Positions 14,900 through 30,182 of a stretch of 64,000 nt of DNA are shown here, in pieces; the first letter of the stretch is position 1, and every line of letters starts with the position of its first letter. A model generated the notes under the pieces. The model made no database searches. It had not been told where the DNA came from and saw only the letters and a list, made by a program, of their open reading frames with translations. Source of the stretch: the human T2T-CHM13v2.0 reference genome, Homo sapiens. The position numbers and the translations under genes were made by a program. The stretch is taken from the NCBI RefSeq assembly GCF_009914755.1, contig NC_060933.1; one strand, written 5' to 3'.

Positions 14900-15230
14900 T
14901 ATCCAGAAGACATGAGTTTTTATTTTATATAAGTCTTGTCTTCTTTCATAAAGGCCAGTTTGCTGACAATTGTTCTTTTCTATCCAGTATAATCATTACC
15001 AGAATGCCAGCTCCCCAAAGTGTTGATCTTGATGCCTTTCTGTGGCTCAGGTATTTCAAGTAGTAAACTATGGATTAACACCTTCCTCTCAGATCAGGTA
15101 TTCTATCTCAGTACTACTACTGTGACCTCGCGGTTTTGGTGACTAAAATGTTGCTCCCCTCAAAGACTGGGCACTCTACATGGAAGAAGATGAGATTCAA
15201 CTTGTTTTTCATTTGTAAAAGAGAGTTAAC
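14900..15230 (-). other. SHOC1: Candidate SHOC1 alternative terminal exon (Gly-stop), with poly(A) signal at 14924-14919
   Basis: Acceptor tattttttaaag|GTTAA; spliced to the phase-1 donor at 17767 it gives CAA G|GT TAA; AATAAA ~305 nt downstream; lies in unique sequence. Confidence 0.45.
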
Positions 15231-15300
15231 CTTTAAAAAATATATAGGACATCTAAGTTTAATGAATTTAGAAAACAGACTTTAAAAATAAATTAAGTAG

Positions 15301-17407
<2,107 letters not shown>

Positions 17408-17766
17408 ATAAAAAGTCTAGGATTGACTTTAATTAATCTAGTTTTTGACCTCCTTTTTTGGGAGGAGACTGAGTGGTTCATATGCTGACAATAATAAAGT
17501 TAATTTAATTTCTGCAATAGGAATCTGTCAAGTAATATATGTCAATTAGGAGCTTCACTGAGAAGTAATGCCAGGTGATATTTCTTACCTTTTTCTCTAC
17601 TTAGCTGATCCTCCAGTATTGGTTTGGCTGGGTATCACAAGCTGAATTACAGTCATGCCACCATCTATGACTAATTTCTGAATCTTCTATACCCAATTTT
17701 TACTAATTTGATACAATAATTTCTAAGCATATCTTTTTAAATAACGTGACTTTTATTTGTACTCAC

Positions 17767-17943
17767 CTTGGCGAACAGCATCACTTACTACTTTTTCTTG
17801 TTCCTTTAAGAGAAACCTTGTTTGGTCAAAAATAACAGTGGCAAATTTCCAATTAGCAGTAGGGAGGGTACACAAGGATACAAGGTTTTTTAAGATAGGA
17901 GAAGCTGCTGCTTCGAGGAGGCAAAATGCTTGGCACTGGCTAT
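17767..17943 (-). CDS. SHOC1: SHOC1 coding exon (177 nt; [10 protein letters not shown]...SDAVRQ)
   Basis: Acceptor tttgcag|AT, donor AAG|gtgagt; phases 1->1. Confidence 0.94.
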
Positions 17944-18073
17944 CTGCAAAAATAAAAGCATTAATGGCAGTGTTTTAATAAAGATGGTATGCTCTTTTTG
18001 ATGAACCAATTAAATGTTATTTCGTGGAGATCCGAACTTCTATCTGAATTATTTTCTGAGTTAAAAATAATGA

Positions 18074-18437
<364 letters not shown>

Positions 18438-19149
18438 TATATTATTTATTAGAGAGGATTTATTCCATAATTAACTTGACATGGCAAATATAAAGACCCA
18501 TATAACATGAACTGCATTTTTTTCTTTGCCATTCTCCACTGTTAGCATATGATCTTAAGCCAAACAATGAAAAATTTTTTCCAGTTATCACTAGAATAAC
18601 ATTATTTAAAGATTTGCATAATCATCTAGAGACCAAAAGAATGAAAAGATACTTGAGAACCTGGGTCATATTTCCTTACTGATTTTAATAATGAATCTGA
18701 TGTTCTTAAGCAGGTTGTTCTTTAGGAGTCAAAGAATACTCTTCTTTATAGCATAACAAAAAAATCAATATAGGAATCAATAGAAACTTATTTACATCAC
18801 TCTGATAGCAGGTAAGAGAACAGAGAGAGCATGATTAGCAGTTCATTTTCCAGACTGGGCAGAAGAGTCCGAGGAGGTACAGTTGTTCTCAGATTGATAT
18901 AGGGAAGCAGCAGCAGTTTAAATGAAAGAAGAAATAACACTGAGTCGCTTGGGTAGGGCAATGGGGAGAGGCAGGGGTAGTGAACAGGGCATTCCAGATT
19001 GGGATATAACTTGAAAGTAGGAGTGGAATGAAGAAATATCTGAAACAAGTGAAGAAAATGACATGGAAAATGAGGTATGTCCTAGCTATCTAGGAAAGGA
19101 CTTTCAAACTAAGCAAATCTGAAATGCATTTTAAAAGCATATAACATAC

Positions 19150-19269
19150 CTGACGCTTGAATTTCAATGACACTATCTGTTCCCCTTTCCTGATTTATTT
19201 CCTCCAGGGTTTTATTAATATGAACAATAGGACTTTCTTCTTGAAGTGTCAAAGAACATGCTTCTTTAT
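19150..19269 (-). CDS. SHOC1: SHOC1 coding exon (120 nt; [11 protein letters not shown]...EIQAS)
   Basis: Acceptor tttcaag|AT, donor CAG|gtatgt; phases 1->1; ORF 19109..19309. Confidence 0.93.
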
Positions 19270-19599
19270 CTTGAAATTCCAATAAAAAATATAAATTTTT
19301 GTTGTTCAAGAGAAACTTAATGTTGTTTTACCTTAATTTTTTTTCTAAAATATGATCACAGTTGTTAAATTTCTTCATTGAAACACATCAGTATTAAAGT
19401 GAACAACTATTCAGATCAATGGAACTAACACTGCTAGGTAGGAAGATGAATGGTAAAAATGGAAAAACCTTTGGTATCAGATCAGTATTTTGAACTCAGT
19501 TCTGACTCAGTTTCCTCATATGTAAAATATGGATAAATATATCTGCTTTAAACACCAAGTACAGCTTCTGACACAGAAAGTATGTACCGTTCTACTTAA

Positions 19600-20008
<409 letters not shown>

Positions 20009-20679
20009 TGGGCCTAGTCTTACTGCTGCACCCTGCAGGTCTCAGGCATCTTCTAAAAAAAGTCATATATAACTGCCCACCCTACTTCCAGGCCAGCAAA
20101 GGGCTCCTCCTTTTGTTTCTTCAGCATTCTGTGAAGACTTCTTTACTGGTACTTGCCACATTGAATTGAAATGATCTATCTGCATATCTGACCTACTTTA
20201 TTATACTGTGAGCTTCTCAAGGTCAGCAACAGCATCATATTTATCTCTAATATGTAATTTAGTGCCAGGCACAAAGTATCTAATAAATGTTAGTTTTTTT
20301 TTCTGTCCTAGGTATTACAGAGGATTTCTTCTTTCCTAAGTATTATAGAGGATTTACACACAAACACAGATATACATAAAAATCTAGTTATTTTAACCAT
20401 ATAGTAGTATTATCCATCAGTAATATGATTACAAAATAATTCCAGAAACACATTACCATCTTTACATACATGGTTAAAAATATAATAATGGACTATATTC
20501 TAAACTAGATTAAAATGCTATTTTCAAGTAATACTTTCAATTAACCATAACTAATTAGAATAGATATGATCAAATAATATTAATTATTAAAATTTTTGAG
20601 GGGGTCTAAGAATTTATAGTATTTCTTGCCTCTGAGTTAAGTGTAAAATAAGACAAAAAGTAAAATATACACCAAAATA

Positions 20680-20730
20680 TTAAGGCAGGGTCTCCCTCTG
20701 TCACCCAGGCTGGAGTGCATTGGTATGATC
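20680..20730 (-). repeat. 51-bp Alu fragment, local copy of 19714-19764
   Basis: 48/51 identity with the neighbouring AluJ, including shared non-consensus bases. Confidence 0.8.
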
Positions 20731-21699
20731 TATTAAAGGCTAAGTTGGGGAATAGAATTTAGTTTGAGAGTCAAATGAGCTTGCTAACTAAACACCAGAA
20801 TTAGACAGAGTTACCCACCCAGTCCTAGGGTATGCTGGACTGGGATAGGATACCCCACTGGGTCCAGGGAGGGCGGGGGAGGTCAGGGGCACTGCCCAGA
20901 AAAGAGTCATGACATAGAAAAACCAAGGAGAATTCCTGTTCTTCTTGGGCAACCATTCCCACAGCTTATGTCCAATTTATTATTTTGACTTACAATTCAG
21001 ATCATTCTTTCCATCCCCTCTGGAGAGATGTATAAAAAGGCAAAGAGGCCAGGAACTTAACACTTAATTGAGGAAACATCAGGAGTACAGAAGCATTCCC
21101 TCATAACATTAATGTTCTTTTAATTGTTTAGTAAATGAATGGCTAATTTTTTAAATAAGAAAAGATAAAATAATATTTAAAGATTTCAGAATTTTGTGAT
21201 CTTTTCAATTTTTATTCTTTTTTACATTTCCTCATTTCTTGCTGCTTTCCCTCACTTTCTGTTGATAATATACCCTATCATAAGCCATTATCACCACTAT
21301 GGCAACCAGAAGATGTCAGTGTTAATTTTGGGGTGGATTCCTTTTTTGTACCAAATATAAATAGAATCAGAAAACATGAAGAAATCTGAGAATAACAAAT
21401 CTTTGAAAAATTCTTATTTTTGTATCACATTTATAAAATAATTATTTATATTTTGCTTATTTTTATGCAGAAGCGATGCTTGAATTATGGTCCAAATATT
21501 GGTTAGAAAAAGCTCAGTTACATACAGAATCTGGTAAGGTAAGTTATAAGGTGGCCAAACTATTACATAAAAAGTAACTTTAAGTTGAATATGTAGAAAT
21601 AGAAAAGATCACAAAATTCTGAAATCTTTAAATATTATTCTGCATTTTTACCATGAGAAATGCACTGATTGACACAGTAATATTACTTTTTAAAAAAAT

Positions 21700-21924
<225 letters not shown>

Positions 21925-22990
21925 TAATATTACTTTAAGCAGATTTATAAAAGGCTGTCACATCTTTTGGAAAAATAAATATACCCATCATGACATTAAG
22001 AACTGAAGATCTTGTGTCTATTAATAGTATATGAGACAGTAAGACCTAACTGTCTCTAAGTCACATAAATATTTTTGTATTCTTTAACTGTGAAATGCGG
22101 TAATACTACCTACTTTGATTCCTCAACAATGTTTCTAAACAGATCAAAAATGACAATAGATGTAAAAGTGCTTTATAAAGCATAAAGATACCTGTATTTA
22201 TGATAATATTATTAACCTTATGAAGAAAGAAAGAATAGGATTTATCAAACAAATTGATCATTAGAAAATATTTCTGGTGTTTCTGAATGTAACAATATAT
22301 AAATATCAAAAGTTTCCAATATCCCTAGTCATTAGGTTGCATCAATGTGTACTGGATTTTAGGAATAAACAATAGCAGCCAATAAAAAAAAATATTGTTG
22401 TATTTATTTCATCAGGGTAACCTATGTCAAACTTATTCTGGAATGCCTATTTTATTTTTATGAGAAGTAAAATGATATGACACATTATATTACCTTTGAT
22501 GTGGCTGTAAGCAGTGAATATAAGACAGTTACAACTCAAACAGAAACTGTTAGGTAATGTTAGAAAGAAACAATTAAGTAGACAGAAAGTTTTCTTTCAA
22601 GTACACATAAAAATATAATTTAAAATACTGAGACAGGACTGACAGCTAAAAGAGAAAAAAGAATGCAGAATTGACCAACAAAAGTTAGAGATACTATGAA
22701 TTTGTAAGGCCATGTTGTAGAAAGCAAGTTTTACAAATAGTGGCTTTTGTTATAAATTCAAATGCATTTTTAGACTTTTTGAAACATATGTATCTGTATC
22801 TAAATCATGCCTATATATCCATATCTATCTGTAAACAAGAAGTTATCAAGAATCAATGACATTTTCCTTGACTACAAAAAATAACATAATTTTATCTAGA
22901 AGAACTTTATCTCCTTGCCTTCTATAATAAATTATGTACTTAGTCCTTGAGCCTACCATATCTACGGCAAAATATTATTAAATTACTTAC

Positions 22991-23407
22991 CATGTTTTTC
23001 ATCACTGTTTGTGACTTCAGTCTTTGAGGTGCAAGTCTTATATTTATTTCGCAGCATAATAAAGTCGCTCAAAAGGTCCAAATCATTCTCTTGTTTTTTG
23101 CCATGTTCAAAAGATGCTTTTTTAATTATTGAAGAGGAAGGTGATTTAATAGATGGTCCTGTGCAGTCAAGTTCAAAGTGATCGTTATTTTCTTTCTTTT
23201 GGATTATTCTGTTTACTGGTTCTTGGTCATTCTTTGGTTTTTCTTCTTTTGCTGCTCCTTTATCAGAGAAATAGTCATCAGAAAAACATAGATCTGGTAC
23301 TTCTTTTGCCAGAGATGGACTCTTTTGTGGAAGTGATAAATGAGCATTTGTAGATTTTTCATCAATAAGTGCAATAGGTGAAGAATGACTTTTATGTTCT
23401 AGACATG
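22991..23407 (-). CDS. SHOC1: SHOC1 coding exon (417 nt; [10 protein letters not shown]...NSDEKH)
   Basis: Acceptor ttttcag|CA, donor G|gtaagt; phases 1->1; ORF 22983..23447. Confidence 0.95.
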
Positions 23408-23729
23408 CTGAAAACAGAAAATAACAACACACAAGTAACTTCCACACCTAAACGAGTGTTCTATTAGGTATTTGAATAACTTTTAGTTGTGGTTTCTTAT
23501 TAATGTAATTTGATCTTTATGAGCACTTTGTTTACTGCTTTGAAAATCAATTTTTGGTCTGAATAAAATAAATTTTTAAAAAGGATCAAAATTTAGCACC
23601 CTTCTTCTTACTATAGGAGCTAGTTTACCAAGCAAAGAAGACATTCCAGTAAAGCCCTTTTGCTCATAGGCTTATGAATCATACCCTTGCAGGTAACAGT
23701 TACTCCATGGGTCAAACACTTACCTACCA

Positions 23730-24203
23730 GGAAAGCCACAATGGAAAAAAATACTTGCAATACATATAACTGACAAAGGACTGTATCCAAAATATATAAA
23801 GAACTCCTTATAACTCTATATTTGAAAAGGAACCCAATTAAAAATTTGGCAAAAGACTTGAACAATAGTTCACATAAGATATGCATATTCTACAAAATAG
23901 ACGAATCTTGAAAACATGCTAAGTGAAAGAAGTGTCACAAAAGGCCACATATTGTATGATTCCATTTATATAAAATGTCCAGAAAAGGCAAATCTATAGA
24001 GAAAGAACAGTGGTTCCAGAGCTGAGTAAAATGGGGAGTGACCACTAATGGGTACAGGATTTCTTTTGGGGATGGTACAAGTTTTCTAAAATGGTTTGTG
24101 GTGATGATTGCACAACTCTGGGCTTATATTAAAAACCATGGAATGGTTTACTTTAAATGAGTCAATTGTATGGTATGTGAAATGTATCTTGATAAAGCTG
24201 TTA
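23730..24203 (+). mobile_element. L1MB-type 3' fragments
   Basis: gacaaaggactgtatccaaaatatataaagaactcc...tatgattccatttatataaaatgtccagaaaaggcaaatc. Confidence 0.75.
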
Positions 24204-24468
24204 CAGGAATACCTCAGAGATATTGTGGGTTCAGTTCTCGACCATCACAATAAAGTAAATATGTTAAGGTGAGTCACACAAATGTTTTGATTTCCCAGTA
24301 CAAATGTAAAAGTTATGTTTATGCTATACTGCAGTGTATTGTGTACAATAGCATTATGTCTAAACAAACAAGTACATACTTTAATTTTAAAATACTTTAT
24401 TGCCAAAAAATGCTAATGATCATCTGAGCCTTTACTAAGTCATAAACTTTTTGCAAAGGTGGGGGGTT

Positions 24469-24763
24469 CTTTTTTCTTTTTTTTTCTTTTTGAGACATGG
24501 TCCTCCTCTGTAGCCCAGGCTGGAATGCAGTGCCACAATCATAGCTCACTGCAACCTCCAACTCCTGGGCCCAAGCAGTCCTCCCACCAGCTGAGACTAC
24601 AGGTGCGTACCACCATGCCAGGCTTTTATTTTTATTTTTATTTTTAGGAGAGACAAAGTTTTGCTATGTTGCCCAGGCTGATCTTGAACTCTTGGGCTCA
24701 AGTAATCCTCCCACATTGGCCTCCCAAGTGCTGGAATTACAGGTGAAAGCCACTGTGCCCGGC
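24469..24763 (-). mobile_element. AluJ-like element nested in Tigger1
   Basis: Alu dimer motifs. Confidence 0.9.
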
Positions 24764-24970
24764 TAGGGGGTCTTGTCTCAATGTTGACAGCTGCTGACTG
24801 TCAGAGTGGTGGTTGCTAAAGGTTGGTGTGGCTGTGGAAATTTCTTAAACTAAGACAACAATGAAGTTTGCCACACTGACTGACTTTTCTTTTCACGAAA
24901 GATTTTTCTGTAGCATGTGCTGTTTGACAGCATTTACCCAGAGTAGAACTTCTTTCAAAATTGGAGTCAA

Positions 24971-25262
<292 letters not shown>

Positions 25263-27364
25263 TTGGAGTCAATCCTCTCCAACCCTGCCACTACTTTATC
25301 AACTATGTTTATGGAATATTCCAAATCCTTTGTTGTCATTACAACAATGTTCACAGAATCTTCACCAGGGACAGATTCTATCTCAAGAAACCATTTTCTT
25401 TGCCCATCCATAAGAAACAACTCCTCATTTGTTCAAGTTTTGGCATGAGATTGCAGCAATTCAACCACACCTTCAGGCTCCACTTCTAATTCTAGTTTTC
25501 TTGCTATTTCTACCACATCTGTAGTTACATACTTGCACCACTAAAGTCTTGAACCCTTCAAAATCATCCATGAAGGTTCAAATCAACTTTTTTCTATCTT
25601 GCTAATGTTGATATTTTGGCCTCCTCCCAAGAATAAGGAATGTTCTTAATGGCATCTAGAATGGTGAATCCTTTCTCAAAAGTATTTCAATTGACTTTGA
25701 CTAGATCCATCAGAGGAATCACTATCTATGGCAGCTCTGGCCTTATGAAATGTATTTCTTAAATAATAACACTAGAAAGTAGAAATGACTCCTTGATCCA
25801 TGGGCTGCAGAATGGATGTTGTGTTAGCAGACATGAAAACAACATTAATCTTCTTGTATATCTCCATCAGAGCTCTTGAATGACCAGGTATGCTGTCAAT
25901 GAGCAGTAATATTTTGAAAGGAATCTTTTTTTCTGAGTAGTAGGTCTCAACAGTGGCCTTAAAATATTGTAAGCCATGCTGTAAACAGATGTGCTATCAT
26001 TCTGGCTTTGTTGTTCCATTTATAGAGCACAGAAAGTGTAGACTTATCATAATTCTTAAGGGCCTTAGGATTTTCAGAATGGTAAATGAGCTTTGGCTTC
26101 AACAGTCAACAGCTGCATTAGCCCCTAATAGGAGTGTCAGCCTGCCCTTTGAAGCTCTGAAGCCAGACATTGACTGCTTCCTACTGGCTATAAAAGTCCT
26201 AGATAACACTTTCTTCAAATAGAACGCTGTTTCATCTACATTGAATATCTGTTGTTTAGTGTAGCCATCTTCATCAATAATATTGGCCAGATCTTCAGGA
26301 TAACTTGCTGCAGCTTCTACATTTGCACTTGTTGCTTCACCTTGTACTTTTATGTTACGGAGATGACTTTTTTCCTTAAACTTCATGAACCAATCTCTGT
26401 TAGCTTCAAACTTCTGTAGCTCCTTACCTTTCTCAGCCTTCATAGAATCAAAAGGAGTTAGAGCCTTGCATTGTACTGGGCTTTGGCTTAAGGGAATATT
26501 GTGGCTGGTTTGATCTATCTAGACCACTCAAACCCTCTCCATATTAGCAATAAGACTATTTAACTTTCTTATCATTTGTGTGTTCACTAAAGTAGCACTT
26601 TTAATTTCCTTCAGGAATTTTTCCTTTGCATTCACAACTTGGCAACTGGCCAAAAGCAAGAGACCTAGCTTTTGGCCTAGGTCAGTTCTCAACATACCAT
26701 TCTCATTTAATCATTTCTAGCCTTTGATTTAAAGTGAGAGTTGTGCAACTCCTCCTTTCACTTGAAGACTTACAGGCCACTGTAGGGTTATTAATTGGCC
26801 TAATTTTAGTACCGTTGTGTCTCGACAGACATAGAGTGGGCCAAGGAAAGGGAGAGAGATAAGGGAACAGCTGGTTAGTGGAGCAGTCAGAACACACACA
26901 TTTATCAATTCAATTCACTTTTTTGTATGGGCAGGGTCTATGGCACCCCAAAACAATTACAAAATTAAAATCAAGGTAACTGAGCACAGATAACTATAAC
27001 AGATATAATAATAAGAAAAAAATACTTACTATTGTGATAATTACCAAAATGTGACAGAGACACAAAGTGAGCACATGTTCTTCAAATATCCATATAATGT
27101 ATTAAATCTATAAAATTATGTAAAGTCTTTATTGTGATATATAACTAATGAGATTAAAATAAAACATATCATTCATGTTTTATATTTTTGATATCTAATA
27201 AATTATGATAATTCTAAAGTTGGAAATGCTGTTGGGAAATGGCTGCAAAAGAATTGCTTGATACAAGATTGCCACAAAACTTCCATTTGTAAAAGACACA
27301 ATTATCTGTGAAGCACAATAAAGTGAAGTACAATAAAATGAGATGAGCCTGTATTTTTAAAAAA

Positions 27365-28520
27365 AAAATTATATACAAATGGCCAATGAACATGTAATAA
27401 GATGCCCAACATCATTAGTCAGCAGGGAAATAGAATTAAAACCACAATGAAATAACCACAACACACCCATTAGAATGATTAAAATTTAAAACACTGCCAA
27501 TACCAAGTGTTAGCAAGGATATGGGGTAACTGGATCTCTCACACATTGCTGGTGAAAATGTGCAATGATGAAATTACTTTGTAATTTATAAAAGTAAACA
27601 TACACATAAGACTCAGCAATTTGACTCCTAGATATTCATTCAAGAGAAATGATAATGTGTGGCCTGGCATGGTGGCTCACACCTGTAATCCCAGTACTTT
27701 GGGTGGACCAGATGGGAGGATTGCTTGAGACCAAGAGATTGAGACCCCATCTCTAATTAATTTTTTAAAAATAAAAAAAATTTAAAGAGAGAAATAACAT
27801 GTTTCCACAAAAAGACTTGCACAAAAATATTTATAACTTTTATTCACAATAATAAAAAACTGGGGGAAAAGCCCAGGGGAATTGATAAACAAACTGTGGT
27901 ATATCCATACAATGAAAAATTTTTTAACAATAAAAATAAATGAACTAGTGATACACAACATCATGAATGAATCTCAGAAACATTATGCTCAGTGGAAGAA
28001 GGCAGACACAAACAAACTTATACTATTTCATTCCATAAGTGAAATTCTAGGATAGGGGAAACATATAATACATAGTGACAGAAAGTATACCAGTGGTCGT
28101 CAAGGACCAGGGGGGTAGGTTAGTGAGGAGGAGAGGTGGGATGGAAGGAGAATGACTGCAAAGGGGCATAAAGAAACGTTTTTATGATAGAAATACTCTG
28201 CATCTTAATTGTAGTGGTAGTTTCACAGGCATATACTTGTCAAAATTCATCAAACTGTACAGTTAAAATAGGTGCAGTCTTCCTGCATTGGCAACATTTG
28301 TGTATATTATGATGTATCAGTGACAAAAGAGTAGTGCATCCTGGGGACAATGAAATCTTCACATTTGGAGCCTTCCTACATTCCATCATAAGCATCTCTT
28401 TTTTTTGGCTCATTCTAATATGTGTCCTTTCCCTTAATAAACCATATCTGTGAGTGCAATAAAAATAAAACAGGTGCAGTTCATTTTATGTAAATTATAC
28501 TTCATAAAATTGATTTGGAA
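27365..28520 (+). mobile_element. L1MB/ME-type 3' region containing an Alu left monomer (~27661-27780) and an LTR-fragment insert
   Basis: caaatggccaatgaacatg...aaaaccacaatgaaata...cattatgctcagtggaagaaggcagacaca. Confidence 0.75.
28279..28466 (+). mobile_element. MER21-like LTR fragment with A-rich tail and 14-bp TSD
   Basis: tgtgtcctttcccttaataaaccatatctgtgagt resembles the MER21 poly(A) region; TSD AAAA(T/C)AGGTGCAGT. Confidence 0.6.
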
Positions 28521-28931
28521 AAAAAACAAATGCCTATAGGGCCAACTAAATAATGTAAATTAGTAAAATGTATGGCTATGGCTTAAATCACAATCTTTGC
28601 TTGTATAGATGAACTTTGTATTATTTCCTTCCAAAATGTAGTTTATAATTTTTTTTTTGCTTTTATTAGAGATATTGGTATAAGAAACATTTTACTTTCC
28701 TCTTAACTATACCTAAATGTAAGACAAAAAGGTCAGATGTCAAGTAACAACAGGACTCAATTTGTAAGTCCTGGGAACTACAGCGAGCTGGAGAGTGCAT
28801 GGTCTGTCTAATGTGGTAAGCTGCTAACACCTCCAGCCAATTGTTGCCATATCAGAATCTGAGTCCAGTTTTTGGAATTTAAAAAATAAGTTCAAAATAC
28901 AGATTATATATGTGAAATCTGCCAAATTTTA

Positions 28932-29234
<303 letters not shown>

Positions 29235-30182
29235 TTAACTAATTAAAACACCATATGAGTCAATAATATGTGGGCTGAATAGGATCCAAGTGCCACTTTT
29301 CAGATATTCTCTAGTGGTAATCTGGTATGTTCAGCAGGTGAATAGAAACTGTTTATTATTTCAGTTTTCTCATTATTTTCCTTTATTATTCTCTCTTTAA
29401 GCACCCCTACCCTGACCGCTTGGCATGGGTTCCAGATATAGTTATTGCTACTTAAACTTCAGAATTATACTGCTATATATTTAATTATACTGTTAAACAT
29501 TCATTTTTTTACAAATTGAAGTTTTGTGGCAATCTTGCATCAAGCAAACGTATTGCTATCATTTTCCAACAGCATTTCCAACTTCGGAATTATCATAATA
29601 ATTTATTGGATATCAAGAATATCAAATATGAATATGTTTTATTTTAATCTCAAATTAGTTACAAATCACAATAAAGACTTTACATAGTTTTATAGATTTA
29701 ATACATTATATGGATATTTCAAGACCTCATAAAATCTTCTCCCTTTTCTTTGTCTACTAACCTGACCTAATCTTATTTAACATTCTTATTCCACCGTGGG
29801 TACCATCTAGGCCTAAGATGGACTGGTGTGTATTTGCTTGATATTGTCTGTTTATCTGTTCTCTTTCCTAGCCAACCAAATATCTTTGTCTTCTGTCTTT
29901 CTAAAAAATTTATTTTACATCCCTTATTGTTCTTTTTATAAGGAATATTCAAGAAGTAAGAAAGCAGATTTTCTTAGGTTACCGTTGAACCTGGAATTTG
30001 TGTTACCACTGTGGTTATATTACTAGTGAGCCACAGGAGTACACTATAGAAATGAGTGGAAACAGAGACAGGGATATGATGACAGTTAATTGTCTATCAT
30101 ATATTTATCCCAAGGAGCACTTATACATCTGTTATATATTTTGGTATTTGCTATTTGTAGTTTTTTTGTGATTAAAATATAA

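Noticed and set aside
17589-17690. Strong minus-strand donor AAG|gtaaga at 17588 suggesting an extra exon
   Set aside because: No convincing polypyrimidine acceptor, and stop codons in all three frames upstream.
26099-26443. 114-aa transposase-like ORF as a domesticated TIGD gene
   Set aside because: It is only a fragment of a decayed Tigger1, with flanking stops and Alu insertions.
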